64,000 bases of DNA from Dethiobacter sp. (lineage in GTDB: Bacteria; Bacillota; Dethiobacteria; Dethiobacterales; Dethiobacteraceae): assembly GCA_018333635.1 (NCBI GenBank), contig JAGXTL010000029.1, positions 3,322 to 67,321 of the forward strand, in the 5' to 3' direction. A program made the translations under genes and the position numbers. The notes under the pieces were generated by a model. The model ran no database searches. It was not told the DNA's origin and worked only from the letters and a program-made list of their open reading frames with translations. This document shows, one piece after another, positions 46,520 to 57,311 of this stretch. The number at the start of each line of letters is the position of its first letter. Within the stretch, counting starts at the first letter, position 1.

Positions 46520-47332
46520 GTGGAACTAATGAGAAAAAAAAGAAAATGGCAGAGTGCGAGGCCTTCTCTAAGAGAGCGGGTAGAGAGCCGGGAGGAGAGG
46601 CGGCGGTACGGTCAGCTTTTTGCCGAGAATGATTCGGAATATAGGCAGATTAACTGGGAAGATCTGCCTGCCAAAATGCTCAAGCCATTGCAGGAGCATC
46701 TATTTCAGAAAACTGTAGCAGCAATTTTAACGGTAATCTGTCTTGGCTTATTTAGTTTGCTGAATTTACCTTTGACAAACCGCATTACTGCTGCCATCCA
46801 CTACCTGACGGTGTACCAGACAAACCCGGCAGAACTGGTGCAAACGGCAAAGCCGGTAATCCAATCAATGCGGGATTTAAACTGGCGCCCGACAGCAGCT
46901 GTGCCGCCTACGCCTGACCCGGCAAACGGGCATCTTCCGGCTGAGACTATGGCGGCACCTGTAAACGGTGTAGTGAAAAGAGCGTATGGGCCTAGTTTAA
47001 GCCTTGAATCAGGACAGATGGAAATGCATTATGGTATTGATGTGGCGGCAGCGGCGGGATCGTCTGTCTTCGCTGCTTTTTCGGGCACAGTCTCGCTGAT
47101 TAAGGGGCATCCCGACCATGGTTTGACTGTTTATCTGGAACATGCGGGCAATAAAGTAACAATTTATGGGCGTGTTACAGATATTGCTGTGGCAGCCGGT
47201 GAGAGTGTGGTCCGCGGGCAGGTAATTGCCAAGGTGGCAGTGAGCGGGGCTGGCGATAGCCACCTCCATTTTGAAATCTGGGAAAACAAGCAGCCTGTCG
47301 ATCCTGAGAAATTCTTAACTGACAGCGAGTAA
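46520..47332 (+). CDS. spoIVFA: M23/LytM-domain membrane protein in the SpoIVFA position
   Basis: Single TM helix and a C-terminal M23 domain with HYGIDV and HLHFE motifs. Lies immediately upstream of spoIVFB, as in Bacillus. Confidence 0.7.
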   Translation: MELMRKKRKWQSARPSLRERVESREERRRYGQLFAENDSEYRQINWEDLPAKMLKPLQEHLFQKTVAAILTVICLGLFSLLNLPLTNRITAAIHYLTVYQTNPAELVQTAKPVIQSMRDLNWRPTAAVPPTPDPANGHLPAETMAAPVNGVVKRAYGPSLSLESGQMEMHYGIDVAAAAGSSVFAAFSGTVSLIKGHPDHGLTVYLEHAGNKVTIYGRVTDIAVAAGESVVRGQVIAKVAVSGAGDSHLHFEIWENKQPVDPEKFLTDSE

Positions 47333-47347
47333 AAAAGGAGGCAGCCG

Positions 47348-48229
47348 TTGAAACTATTCAGGGCGGGCGGGATTGTCTTCCGGTTTCATTGGACGTTTGT
47401 GCTGCTCCTGTTTTTTCTGGCATTCTATGGTTATCTGGACGAAGCCCTGATTCTGTTCGGCCTGGTTATTCTTCACGAGGTAGTCCATATGTTGGTTGCC
47501 AAGGCCAGCGGCTTGGCTGTGGGCGATGTGGAAATCTTCCCCTTTGGCGGCGTAGCCCGGATAGAGGATGCGCTTGAGCTCGATCCGCAAGTAGAGAGTA
47601 ATGTCTCATTGGCTGGGCCGCTCCTTAATTTTTTCTTAGTGGCAGTGGCAATTGTGCTCTACGCCAATCTGCCTTCCTGGCAGCAGAACGAAACTTTTCT
47701 CTTTTTTATCCGCTGTAATCTGGTGCTAGGCTTTTTTAATCTTTTGCCGGCACTTCCTCTAGATGGCGGCAGAATATTGCGGGCGCGCCTTGCCGGCACA
47801 TTAGGTTTTCAACAGGCGACTGAGCTTGCCATCCGTCTCAGTCAGCTTATTTCACTGCTGCTTTTTGCTTTGGGGCTTTATCTGTTTTATCTGGGACATT
47901 TCCATCTCACTTTATTTGCCGCCGCCTGTTTTCTTTATTACGGGGCAGAGAAAGAGCGGACAGTGGCGCTCTACGCCTTTATTCGCGGACTCTCTCGGAA
48001 GAAAAAAGTGTTTTATGAACAGGGGGTCATGCCGCTGACTACATTGATGGCGCTAGAGGACGCTCTGATTAAAGATTTGCTGCGGCAGTTTGCCATGAAA
48101 AAATATCACCGGGTGGTCGTAGTCAGCCGTGAAGGCAGAGTTTTAGGCGAGGCTATGGAGAGTGATGTGCTCGATACAATTATGCAAAAAGGGATCGGCG
48201 CGGCCGTGAAAAGCGTCCTGCCGCGTTAG
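47348..48229 (+). CDS. spoIVFB: Site-2 (M50) intramembrane metalloprotease SpoIVFB
   Basis: HEVVHM (HExxH) and NLLPALPLDGGR motifs, with a C-terminal CBS-like domain. Confidence 0.85.
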   Translation: MKLFRAGGIVFRFHWTFVLLLFFLAFYGYLDEALILFGLVILHEVVHMLVAKASGLAVGDVEIFPFGGVARIEDALELDPQVESNVSLAGPLLNFFLVAVAIVLYANLPSWQQNETFLFFIRCNLVLGFFNLLPALPLDGGRILRARLAGTLGFQQATELAIRLSQLISLLLFALGLYLFYLGHFHLTLFAAACFLYYGAEKERTVALYAFIRGLSRKKKVFYEQGVMPLTTLMALEDALIKDLLRQFAMKKYHRVVVVSREGRVLGEAMESDVLDTIMQKGIGAAVKSVLPR

Positions 48230-48349
48230 CCGGCTTAGTTTGCGCTTAAATACATTTTTATCATGGAGGATTTGGCAGGCCGAAAGCGAAGTAATGTAAG
48301 CTGGGTCATTGTGGTAAACTAGCAGAAAATCTCGACATACGGAGGCCTC

Positions 48350-50221
48350 ATGGTCGACTATAAATTGGAGTTTTGGGACAAGATTCTGCCCCGGGTGCAA
48401 AAGCCGACGCGTTATTTAGGCAATGAAGTAAATGCGGTCGCCAAAGACCTTTCCCGCTGTTTGCTCAAAGTGGCGCTTGCTTTCCCTGATTTGTATGAAG
48501 TGGGGATGTCCCACTTGGGTTTGAAAATTCTCTATTCGCTGATCAATGACCACGAGCAGTGGGCGGCTGAGCGAGTATTTATGCCGGATAGCGACCTGGA
48601 GGCAATTCTGCAAAATGAAGCATTTCCGCTTTGTTCACTTGAAACGGTAACGCCTTTAGCCGCTTTTGATCTTTTGGGTTTTACTCTCCAGTATGAACTT
48701 TCTTACGCCACTATTTTGCAGATGCTGCGGCTTGGCGGAATTTCTCTCTTAGCCTTGTCACGCGGCGAGGAGGAACCTCTGGTGGTTGGAGGCGGCCCCG
48801 GAGCGTTTAACCCGGAGCCTTTGGCAGATTTCTTTGATTTTTTTATGCTTGGCGATGCGGAAGAAACTCTGCCGCAGGTTTTGTCTTTTCTGGAACAGAA
48901 CAGACATTTGTCCCGTGCGGAAAAGCTGCGTTCACTGTCCCGGATAGCCGGCGTTTATGTGCCGTCACTCTACATTCCTGATTTTGATCAGCATGGTAGT
49001 TTTCTTGGTACGACACCGCTTCACGCCAATCTTCCCCGGCAGATTCAACGGGCTGTAGTCGAAGACTTGGATGCGGCCGTCTATCCCGAGAAATTTGTGG
49101 TCCCCTACGGAAGTATTGTTCATGACCGCTTGGTGCTGGAGTTGTTTCGCGGCTGCACGAGAGGGTGCCGATTCTGCCAGGCCGGTATTATCTACCGTCC
49201 GCTGCGGGAGCGGACGCCGGCCAAACTAAAAGTGTTGGCTAAAGAATTGGTTAGGACAAGCGGTTACGATGAATTGGCTCTCAGCTCATTGAGCAGCGGT
49301 GACTACAGCGCTATTGGGCAGCTTGTCACGGAACTGGGCATGGAGCTTGCCAAAGAAGGAGTCGCCCTTTCCTTGCCCTCCCTGCGTCTCGATTCTTTTT
49401 CCAGTCAATTGGCAGAGCAAGTCAAGCAGGTCCGCAAGAGCGGGCTTACTTTTGCGCCCGAGGCTGGTACTCAGCGCTTACGCGATGTTATCAATAAAAA
49501 TATTTCAGAAACTGATCTGATTAGCGCGGCGACAGATGCTTTCGCCGCCGGTTGGACGGGAATAAAGTTGTATTTCATGATTGGCCTGCCGACTGAAACA
49601 GATGAAGACCTCGAAGGCATTACCGCTTTAGTCCGCAAGGTGACCCTTGCTTATAAACAGGCCGGTTGCCGGGGTAAGCCGCGGGTAACTGTTTCCGTGT
49701 CAGTCTTTGTGCCGAAAGCTCATACGCCCTTTCAATGGGCAGGGTTAATCGGGCGGGATGAAATCTTGCGCAGGCAGAATGTTTTGCGCCAAAGCTTACG
49801 TGCCACAGGAGCACAATTTAAGTGGCACGGAGTCGAGCCAAGCTTGCTGGAGGCAGCTTTGGCGCGTGGCGGGAGGGAATTATGCGCTGTGATTGCCCGC
49901 GCCGCTGAATTAGGCTGCAAACTGGATGGCTGGGATGAACATTTTTCTTTTGAAAATTGGCAGCAAGCTTTTAGAGATAATGGCCTGGAGTTGGCGGAAT
50001 TGGCAGTTAGGCAATATGCTCTGGACGACCCATTGCCTTGGGACCATTTGGCTTCCGGGGTGACTAAATCGTTTTTGCAGAAGGAGTACGAATTGGCTTT
50101 GGCTGCCAAGGTTTCCCGCGATTGCAGAGAGAATTGCCTTGGCTGCGGAATGAGTCTGCTGTTAGAAGGTAAAAATGGTAAAGAAGGTAAAGGAGCCTGC
50201 CATGATGCGCGTCTGGATTAA
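48350..50221 (+). CDS. B12-binding-like radical SAM protein of unknown function (TIGR03960-like, from memory)
   Basis: 623 aa. CTRGCRFC (CX3CX2C) cluster motif, followed by its usual partner and rng. Confidence 0.8.
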   Translation: MVDYKLEFWDKILPRVQKPTRYLGNEVNAVAKDLSRCLLKVALAFPDLYEVGMSHLGLKILYSLINDHEQWAAERVFMPDSDLEAILQNEAFPLCSLETVTPLAAFDLLGFTLQYELSYATILQMLRLGGISLLALSRGEEEPLVVGGGPGAFNPEPLADFFDFFMLGDAEETLPQVLSFLEQNRHLSRAEKLRSLSRIAGVYVPSLYIPDFDQHGSFLGTTPLHANLPRQIQRAVVEDLDAAVYPEKFVVPYGSIVHDRLVLELFRGCTRGCRFCQAGIIYRPLRERTPAKLKVLAKELVRTSGYDELALSSLSSGDYSAIGQLVTELGMELAKEGVALSLPSLRLDSFSSQLAEQVKQVRKSGLTFAPEAGTQRLRDVINKNISETDLISAATDAFAAGWTGIKLYFMIGLPTETDEDLEGITALVRKVTLAYKQAGCRGKPRVTVSVSVFVPKAHTPFQWAGLIGRDEILRRQNVLRQSLRATGAQFKWHGVEPSLLEAALARGGRELCAVIARAAELGCKLDGWDEHFSFENWQQAFRDNGLELAELAVRQYALDDPLPWDHLASGVTKSFLQKEYELALAAKVSRDCRENCLGCGMSLLLEGKNGKEGKGACHDARLD

Positions 50222-50870
50222 ATTTGCCAAAGAAAGTCCGATGCGTTTCCTATCCCATTTGGATTTGATGCGTGTCTGGCAGCGCGCCGTTCGCCGGGCT
50301 GAGCTGCCGGTGGCATATAGTGCGGGCTTTAATCGTCACCCTAAGATTTCATTTGCCTCAGCGCTGGCGGTAGGTGTCACGAGTGCAGGCGAGTATCTGG
50401 ATATTCAGTTTACCAAATTGTTGGACGAAGCAGCTTTTGTGCGCTTGGCCGAAACTTTGCCCCAAGGGTTGAAGCTGCTTGACTGGCGTCAGATTCCGGA
50501 GGGCACCCCCGCCTTAATGTCGCTTGTCTGCGCCGCGCAATGGGAACTGCCGCTTCAAGCCGATGAGTGCAGGCACTTGCAGCAAGCTGTGTCGGAGTTG
50601 TTGTCAGCCTCATCCCTCCCTGTGGAGCGGGAAGGAAAAAAAGGGATAAAAACCGTCGATATACGGCCATTGATTTATAGCTTGGCAGCCGATGAAAAAG
50701 AATCTTGCCTGCGTATGCTCCTGGCCTCCGGGGGTGAGGGTGTCGTCAGGCCGGTGGAAGTTTTGAAGCTGTTGTGTCTGCCGGATGTTGCCGGCAGGCT
50801 GCGCAGGACAGAGCTGTACGTCGCCTCGGGGCAGTGTTTTTTCGAGCCGATGGCTGTTCTTCTCAATTAG
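50202..50870 (+). CDS. Radical-SAM-linked protein (DUF2344 / TIGR03936-like, from memory)
   Basis: Start trimmed to ATG 50202 (MMRVWIKFAKESPMRFLSHLDLMR). Overlaps the radical SAM gene end. Confidence 0.75.
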   Translation: MMRVWIKFAKESPMRFLSHLDLMRVWQRAVRRAELPVAYSAGFNRHPKISFASALAVGVTSAGEYLDIQFTKLLDEAAFVRLAETLPQGLKLLDWRQIPEGTPALMSLVCAAQWELPLQADECRHLQQAVSELLSASSLPVEREGKKGIKTVDIRPLIYSLAADEKESCLRMLLASGGEGVVRPVEVLKLLCLPDVAGRLRRTELYVASGQCFFEPMAVLLN

Positions 50871-50887
50871 TAAAGAGGTGTCTGAGA

Positions 50888-52564
50888 ATGCAGAAGAAAA
50901 TTGTTATCAACTGTGATAACAGGCAAACTCGTGTGGCGGTGCTGGAAGAAGGCAAGCCGGTAGAGATTTATCTTGAACGGCCGATGCAGCAGCGAGTGGT
51001 CGGCAATATTTATAAAGGCGTCGTCTCCAATGTCCTGCCTGGGATGCAGGCGGCTTTTGTTGATATCGGCCTGGAAAGAAACGCATTTTTGTATGTGGAC
51101 GAGGCCCTGCAGCCGGAGGAAAACAATCACAGACAGCACCCTAAAAAGAAGATTGAACAGTTGCTGCGCCCCGGTGAGGAACTGATGGTTCAGGTTATAA
51201 AGGAACCGTTTGGCAGTAAAGGAGCCCGCCTTACCAGGCAAATCACCTTTCCGGGCAGGCATCTGGTGCTGATGCCCGCCGCTGAATACGCCGGCGTTTC
51301 GCGGCGGATAGAAGAACCGGAGGAGCGGGAGCGTTTACGCCAGCTTGCCTCTGAACTGCGCCCCCCCGGAATGGGCCTGATCGTCCGCACAGTGGCGGAA
51401 AAACAGGACCAAGAAGCATTCCGGCAGGACCTTAACTTTTTGCTTTCACTCTGGGAGCGAATCGGCACACGTTATGACAAACAGGCGGCTCCTAGTCTGG
51501 TCTATCAGGATTTGGATTTGGTTTATCGCATCATCAGGGATTTATTCACGGAACAGATTAAAGAGCTGCTGGTCGATAAACGCTACGAATTCGATAAAAT
51601 TATAGAGGCGCTGGAAATATTGGCGCCTGCACTTAAAGGACGGGTAAAACTTTATCAAGGAGAATTGCCTATCTTTGACGCCTATGGGGTGGAGGCGGAG
51701 ATTGAAAAAGCTCTTTCCCGTACTATCTGGCTTAATTGCGGCGGCTATTTGGTGTTTGACTATACGGAAGCGCTGACAGTAATTGATGTGAATACCGGGA
51801 AATATATCGGCAAGACCAATCTGGCAGACACAGTGTTGAAAACGAACAAGGAAGCGGCAGCAGAAATTATCCGTCAGGTGAGGCTTCGTGATATCGGCGG
51901 CATTATTATTATAGATTTTATCGATATGGAGAGCGAGGAGCACCGCAAACAGGTCTTGGAGGTGCTGACGGAAAAAGCAAAGGAAGACAGAACAAAATCG
52001 CATATTTTGGGTTTAACAGCCCTGGGGTTGGTTGAAATAACTCGCAAGAAAGCAAGGCAGGGTCTTGATGCGGTACTGCAACAGACATGCTGCTATTGCG
52101 GCGGCCGCGGGAAAGTTCTGACGGCTGATGTGGTTAGTGCCCGCACGGAGCGGCAGCTTAAAGATTTTTTGGCAGGCCTTGACGCTGAAGCTGTGTTGCT
52201 GGAGGCTCATCAAAGTGTGGCAGGCCTGCTGATTGGTCCCGGGGGGTCCTATTTGCGCAAGCTGGAAGAAGAAACGGGCAAAGCAATCTTTATCCGTGGC
52301 AGTGAGACAATCCATGTGGAAAAATACCGCATCCTTGCCACAGGCAAGCTGGCTGATGTGCAGGCGGCGGCATTCCCGGTGGAAGTGGGCGGGCATTACG
52401 AAATAAAAGTGGAAGAACCCCATATCAACAACCCATACGACGGCATCGGCCGTATCAGCGGTTTTGTGATTGATGTGCAGGCCGGGGGAGCTTATCTGGG
52501 CGAAAATGTTACGGTGCAAATCACGGAAGTGGCTCGCACCTTTGCCAAGGCAAAGATTGTCTGA
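50888..52564 (+). CDS. rng: Rne/Rng family ribonuclease (RNase G-like)
   Basis: Start trimmed to ATG 50888. S1 domain (GNIYKGVVSNVLPGMQAAFVDIG) and a catalytic core with VIDVNTGK. Confidence 0.9.
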   Translation: MQKKIVINCDNRQTRVAVLEEGKPVEIYLERPMQQRVVGNIYKGVVSNVLPGMQAAFVDIGLERNAFLYVDEALQPEENNHRQHPKKKIEQLLRPGEELMVQVIKEPFGSKGARLTRQITFPGRHLVLMPAAEYAGVSRRIEEPEERERLRQLASELRPPGMGLIVRTVAEKQDQEAFRQDLNFLLSLWERIGTRYDKQAAPSLVYQDLDLVYRIIRDLFTEQIKELLVDKRYEFDKIIEALEILAPALKGRVKLYQGELPIFDAYGVEAEIEKALSRTIWLNCGGYLVFDYTEALTVIDVNTGKYIGKTNLADTVLKTNKEAAAEIIRQVRLRDIGGIIIIDFIDMESEEHRKQVLEVLTEKAKEDRTKSHILGLTALGLVEITRKKARQGLDAVLQQTCCYCGGRGKVLTADVVSARTERQLKDFLAGLDAEAVLLEAHQSVAGLLIGPGGSYLRKLEEETGKAIFIRGSETIHVEKYRILATGKLADVQAAAFPVEVGGHYEIKVEEPHINNPYDGIGRISGFVIDVQAGGAYLGENVTVQITEVARTFAKAKIV

Positions 52565-52594
52565 TTGACAAAGCTTTTATCCTTGTGCTAGAAT
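52565..52594 (+). promoter_or_regulatory. Promoter of rplU-prp-rpmA
   Basis: TTGACA (52565-52570), 18 nt, TAGAAT (52589-52594) with an upstream TG. Confidence 0.6.
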
Positions 52595-52599
52595 ACTGT

Positions 52600-52687
52600 A
52601 GTAACTGATGGTAACCGCTCGGCAGCAGGTTTTAAACCATAAGGTACCTCTTGCCGGCGAGTTTTGACAGGAAGGTGAAAAGTTTTC
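52600..52687 (+). promoter_or_regulatory. Possible L21 ribosomal-protein leader
   Basis: About 90-nt structured 5' UTR between the promoter and rplU. An rplU leader is known in Firmicutes, but I did not verify the fold. Confidence 0.3.
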
Positions 52688-52999
52688 ATGTACGCAATTA
52701 TTGAAACCGGCGGTAAACAATACCGCGTTGAGGAAGGTTCTATCCTCGATGTGGAAATGTTACCTGCTGAGGTTGGAGCGGAAGTCGGGTTTGAGCGTGT
52801 TTTGGCCGTCAAAAAAGATACCCGCCTCGAAGTAGGGCAACCTTATTTAAGCGGTGTTCTCGTTCGGGGGAAGGTGTTGGACCACGGTAAAGCAAAAAAG
52901 ATTATTGTCTTTAAGTTCAAAGCAAAAAAGAACTATCGCCGCAAGCAGGGTCATCGCCAGCCGTTCACCCGCGTTCTGATTGAAAAGATAGAGGTGTAA
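52688..52999 (+). CDS. rplU: 50S ribosomal protein L21
   Basis: [14 protein letters not shown] start. 103 aa. Confidence 0.95.
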   Translation: MYAIIETGGKQYRVEEGSILDVEMLPAEVGAEVGFERVLAVKKDTRLEVGQPYLSGVLVRGKVLDHGKAKKIIVFKFKAKKNYRRKQGHRQPFTRVLIEKIEV

Positions 53000-53004
53000 C
53001 TCAG

Positions 53005-53331
53005 GTGATCCGCGTCCGCGTAATGCGCGAGGCGGGCTGCGTCTCAGAAATTACTGTCAGCGGCCATGCCGGCTGCGCGCCTAAGGGAGAAGACCTGATC
53101 TGTTCCGCCGTTTCGGTGCTGGTGCAGACATACTTTTTCAGCTTGCGGCGCCTCTTGCACTTGTCTGTGGCAGCAGAAGTGCGTGACGGTTACTTTTTTC
53201 TGCGGATACCAGCCGGACTTCAGCCGGAGTTGCAGGAGAAGGCGGCATTGCTTGCTGAGAGCATGTTGGTTGGCCTGGATGAAATCAACCGGGGTTACCC
53301 CGGTTTTCTGCAAGTGACAGAGGAAGAATAG
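53005..53331 (+). CDS. prp: Ribosomal-processing cysteine protease Prp (YsxB)
   Basis: 108 aa between rplU and rpmA. SGHAG...DLICSAVS motif (His/Cys dyad). Confidence 0.85.
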   Translation: MIRVRVMREAGCVSEITVSGHAGCAPKGEDLICSAVSVLVQTYFFSLRRLLHLSVAAEVRDGYFFLRIPAGLQPELQEKAALLAESMLVGLDEINRGYPGFLQVTEEE

Positions 53332-53334
53332 GAG

Positions 53335-53634
53335 GTGACTCTCATGATGCTGATGAATCTTCAGTTGTTTGCTCACAAAAAAGGCGTGGGAAGCTCGCGC
53401 AACGGTCGTGACAGCAACCCTCAATATTTAGGTGTGAAAAGGGCTGACGGGCAAAATGTCTCTGCCGGCAGTATTCTTGTGCGTCAACGGGGCACAAAAA
53501 TTCACCCCGGCAATAATGTTGGCCGCGGTAAAGATGATACCCTCTATGCGTTGGTTGACGGCGTAGTTTCTTTTGAGCGCAAAGGGCGCGACAAAAAGCA
53601 GGTAAGTGTCTATCTGGCTACCGAAGCCGTTTAG
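53335..53634 (+). CDS. rpmA: 50S ribosomal protein L27 with cleavable N-terminal extension
   Basis: [20 protein letters not shown], i.e. a Prp site before the mature HKKG. Exact start among several Met codons is uncertain. Confidence 0.95.
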   Translation: MTLMMLMNLQLFAHKKGVGSSRNGRDSNPQYLGVKRADGQNVSAGSILVRQRGTKIHPGNNVGRGKDDTLYALVDGVVSFERKGRDKKQVSVYLATEAV

Positions 53635-53657
53635 AGTGGCGACTTAATTATTGAGAT

Positions 53658-53687
53658 AAACCGGAGCAGCCTCCGGTTTGTTTTTTT
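53658..53687 (+). terminator. Intrinsic terminator after rpmA
   Basis: AAACCGGAG-CAGC-CTCCGGTTT followed by GTTTTTTT. Confidence 0.8.
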
Positions 53688-53774
53688 GACTTAAATTTGT
53701 TCTTTTGACTTAAAATGAAGATGATTTCCGCTTGCATCACTGAGCAAATATCCAGATTTTTCTAGGCAGGGAGA

Positions 53775-54320
53775 ATGAGCATTATGTATGAACTGAGAGA
53801 CGCCATGGCGGAGTTGGTAGATATTTACCGCCATGATTTTTTGAATGTCTTGCAAGTGGTAGGGGGCTTGGCTCAGCTTAATAGAACAGACAGGTTGATG
53901 GCTTATATTCGGAGCGCTAGCGAGGAAGCCCAGCAGTTTGGCAAACTAATCAACTGCGGCGACCCAAGGCTGGCCTTACTGCTTTATAAAGAATTGCTCC
54001 ATGCTTTGGGCGGTAATTATCTTTTGGACGTCAGAGAAACTATGCCGCTGCTCTCTGTTGAAACGCTGGAAGGACTGGGAAAACCGCTGCAAATTCTCCG
54101 GCAACAGTTGCAAGAGATTGAGCAGGCACAAGTTACTGTGGGCATTAACGGCAAAGAGTACCCAAAGTTGATTATTAGTGTTTCCTTGGAAAAGGGACAA
54201 GATTCATTTTGGGAGGCTGTAATAGCTGCTTCCTCAGAAAACGGGATGATTGCCTCTGTGCGCGATGGCGGTGATATCTTGTTTAACTTGGATAGCGGCA
54301 GCGCCGCGGGTGAACAATAA
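53775..54320 (+). CDS. spo0B: Spo0B-like sporulation phosphotransferase
   Basis: 181 aa, no TM helix. YRHDFLNVLQVVGGL helical His motif. No recognisable ATP-lid G boxes. Syntenic rpmA-spo0B-obg position. Confidence 0.6.
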   Translation: MSIMYELRDAMAELVDIYRHDFLNVLQVVGGLAQLNRTDRLMAYIRSASEEAQQFGKLINCGDPRLALLLYKELLHALGGNYLLDVRETMPLLSVETLEGLGKPLQILRQQLQEIEQAQVTVGINGKEYPKLIISVSLEKGQDSFWEAVIAASSENGMIASVRDGGDILFNLDSGSAAGEQ

Positions 54321-54326
54321 GACTGA

Positions 54327-55625
<1,299 letters not shown>

Positions 55626-55641
55626 CAAACGGGGTGAAATA

Positions 55642-56343
55642 GTGAAAATGCAGTTGGCAAATAGCGGGGAGAAACAGTCAATTGGTCTGATGGGCGGAAC
55701 ATTTGATCCGATTCACTTGGGTCACTTGGTGACGGCAGAAGAAGTGCGGATAAAGTTTGGCCTAGATAAAGTGATTTTTGTCCCAAGCGGGCATCCTCCG
55801 CATAAAGAAGCCCGGGATCTTAGCACTCCGGAGCATCGCTACTTAATGACTGTTCTGGCCACAATCACAAACCCGTATTTTAATGTTTCGCGTGTAGAAA
55901 TTGATAAGTTGCAGGCGGAACGGACATACACTATTGAAACAATTCGCTTTTTTCACCGCTATTATGAGGGAAAGGCAAAGCTGTACTTTATTACAGGTGC
56001 GGATGCGATTCTGGAAATTCTTACCTGGAAAGACTATCAGGAGTTGTTATCCATCTGCTCATTCATTGCGGCTACCAGGCCAGGGTATAGTCTTAGCAAG
56101 CTCGAAGAAACAATAGGGGCTGTCTGTCCTGAAGCGCTGTGCAATATCTATATTGTGGAAATACCTGCCATGGCGATTTCGTCGACGTTTATTCGCAACC
56201 GTGTTTGCGAGGGCAAATCAATTAAATATTTGACGCCGGAAGCGGTGACGCAGTATATCTTAAAAAACGGCCTCTACTCCGCCGCAAACCCTCAGTATAA
56301 ATCACCTCTTTCTTCAGATACTAAAAATAGAATCTTAAAGTGA
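55642..56343 (+). CDS. nadD: Nicotinate-nucleotide adenylyltransferase
   Basis: GGTFDPIHLGH motif. 233 aa, with short N- and C-terminal extensions. Confidence 0.9.
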   Translation: MKMQLANSGEKQSIGLMGGTFDPIHLGHLVTAEEVRIKFGLDKVIFVPSGHPPHKEARDLSTPEHRYLMTVLATITNPYFNVSRVEIDKLQAERTYTIETIRFFHRYYEGKAKLYFITGADAILEILTWKDYQELLSICSFIAATRPGYSLSKLEETIGAVCPEALCNIYIVEIPAMAISSTFIRNRVCEGKSIKYLTPEAVTQYILKNGLYSAANPQYKSPLSSDTKNRILK

Positions 56344-56355
56344 GGTGATCGGGAC

Positions 56356-56604
56356 GTGTCAAAAACTATCTACATCGGAAATATTCCATGGTCATTAAGT
56401 GAGGAGCAATTAAAAGAATACTTTGGCAAACATGGGCAAGTGCATAGCGCCAGAATCATTACGGAACGCGCCACGGGCCGCTCCAGAGGATATGGCTTTA
56501 TTGAAGTTTCGGCGGAGTCTGCCGAAAAAATTATCGAATTAAACGGAACAGAAATGGACGGCAGAAAACTGGTTGTAAACGAAGCAAAGCCAAAGGTAGG
56601 ATAA
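56356..56604 (+). CDS. RRM-type RNA-binding protein
   Basis: 82 aa. RNP2 IYIGNI and RNP1 RGYGFIEV. Confidence 0.85.
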   Translation: MSKTIYIGNIPWSLSEEQLKEYFGKHGQVHSARIITERATGRSRGYGFIEVSAESAEKIIELNGTEMDGRKLVVNEAKPKVG

Positions 56605-56739
56605 GGGCAACGGACGAGGCAACGCACGTTGCCTTATTTATTGCCTTTTGTTCTTTATCGGGCAGACACACCCAATTTGTTTTGCTTGTTTTGCTGCGGC
56701 AGGAAAATCATGCCTCTTTGTCGAAGGATACTTTTGGTG

Positions 56740-57306
56740 ATGCTTATGCCGGATAAAGTCATTCTCGCGCAACTGCGCAAAAACTTGTCGGACGAATTGT
56801 TGCACCATAGCCAAGGGGTGGGGGAGACGGCTGCCAAATTAGCTCTTTCTCTAGGCTGCAGTGAAAGCAAGGCAGGGCTGGCAGGTTTGTTGCATGACTG
56901 TGTGCGTGAGTGGCCACATGAGAAATTATTTGCTTTTGCCAGGGAGCACGGGATTGAAACAGACAGATTTGCGCTGCGCTGCCCTGTCCTGCTGCACGCG
57001 CCTGTGGGAGCGGCGGTGGCGCGTACCTGGGGGATAAGCGACCCTGAAATCCTTGCGGCCATCCGCAACCATACTTTGGGCTTTCCCGGCATGTCGTTGC
57101 TTGAGCAGATTGTCTATGTCGCCGACAAGATAGAGCCAGGCCGCATCTTTTCCGGAGTGGAAGAACTGCGCGTGCTGGTGGCCAAAGATTTCAAGCTGGG
57201 GCTAAAACAGGCGGCAGCACATAGCATTGCTCTCGTTTTACATAAAAATCATTCACTGCACCCGTCGACAGTCAGTTTCTGGAACTGGCTGGTTGAAATG
57301 CGTTAA
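56740..57306 (+). CDS. yqeK: HD-domain bis(5'-nucleosyl)-tetraphosphatase YqeK
   Basis: Start trimmed to ATG 56740. HSQGV...LLHD HD motif. Position downstream of nadD. Confidence 0.85.
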   Translation: MLMPDKVILAQLRKNLSDELLHHSQGVGETAAKLALSLGCSESKAGLAGLLHDCVREWPHEKLFAFAREHGIETDRFALRCPVLLHAPVGAAVARTWGISDPEILAAIRNHTLGFPGMSLLEQIVYVADKIEPGRIFSGVEELRVLVAKDFKLGLKQAAAHSIALVLHKNHSLHPSTVSFWNWLVEMR

Positions 57307-57311
57307 GAGAG

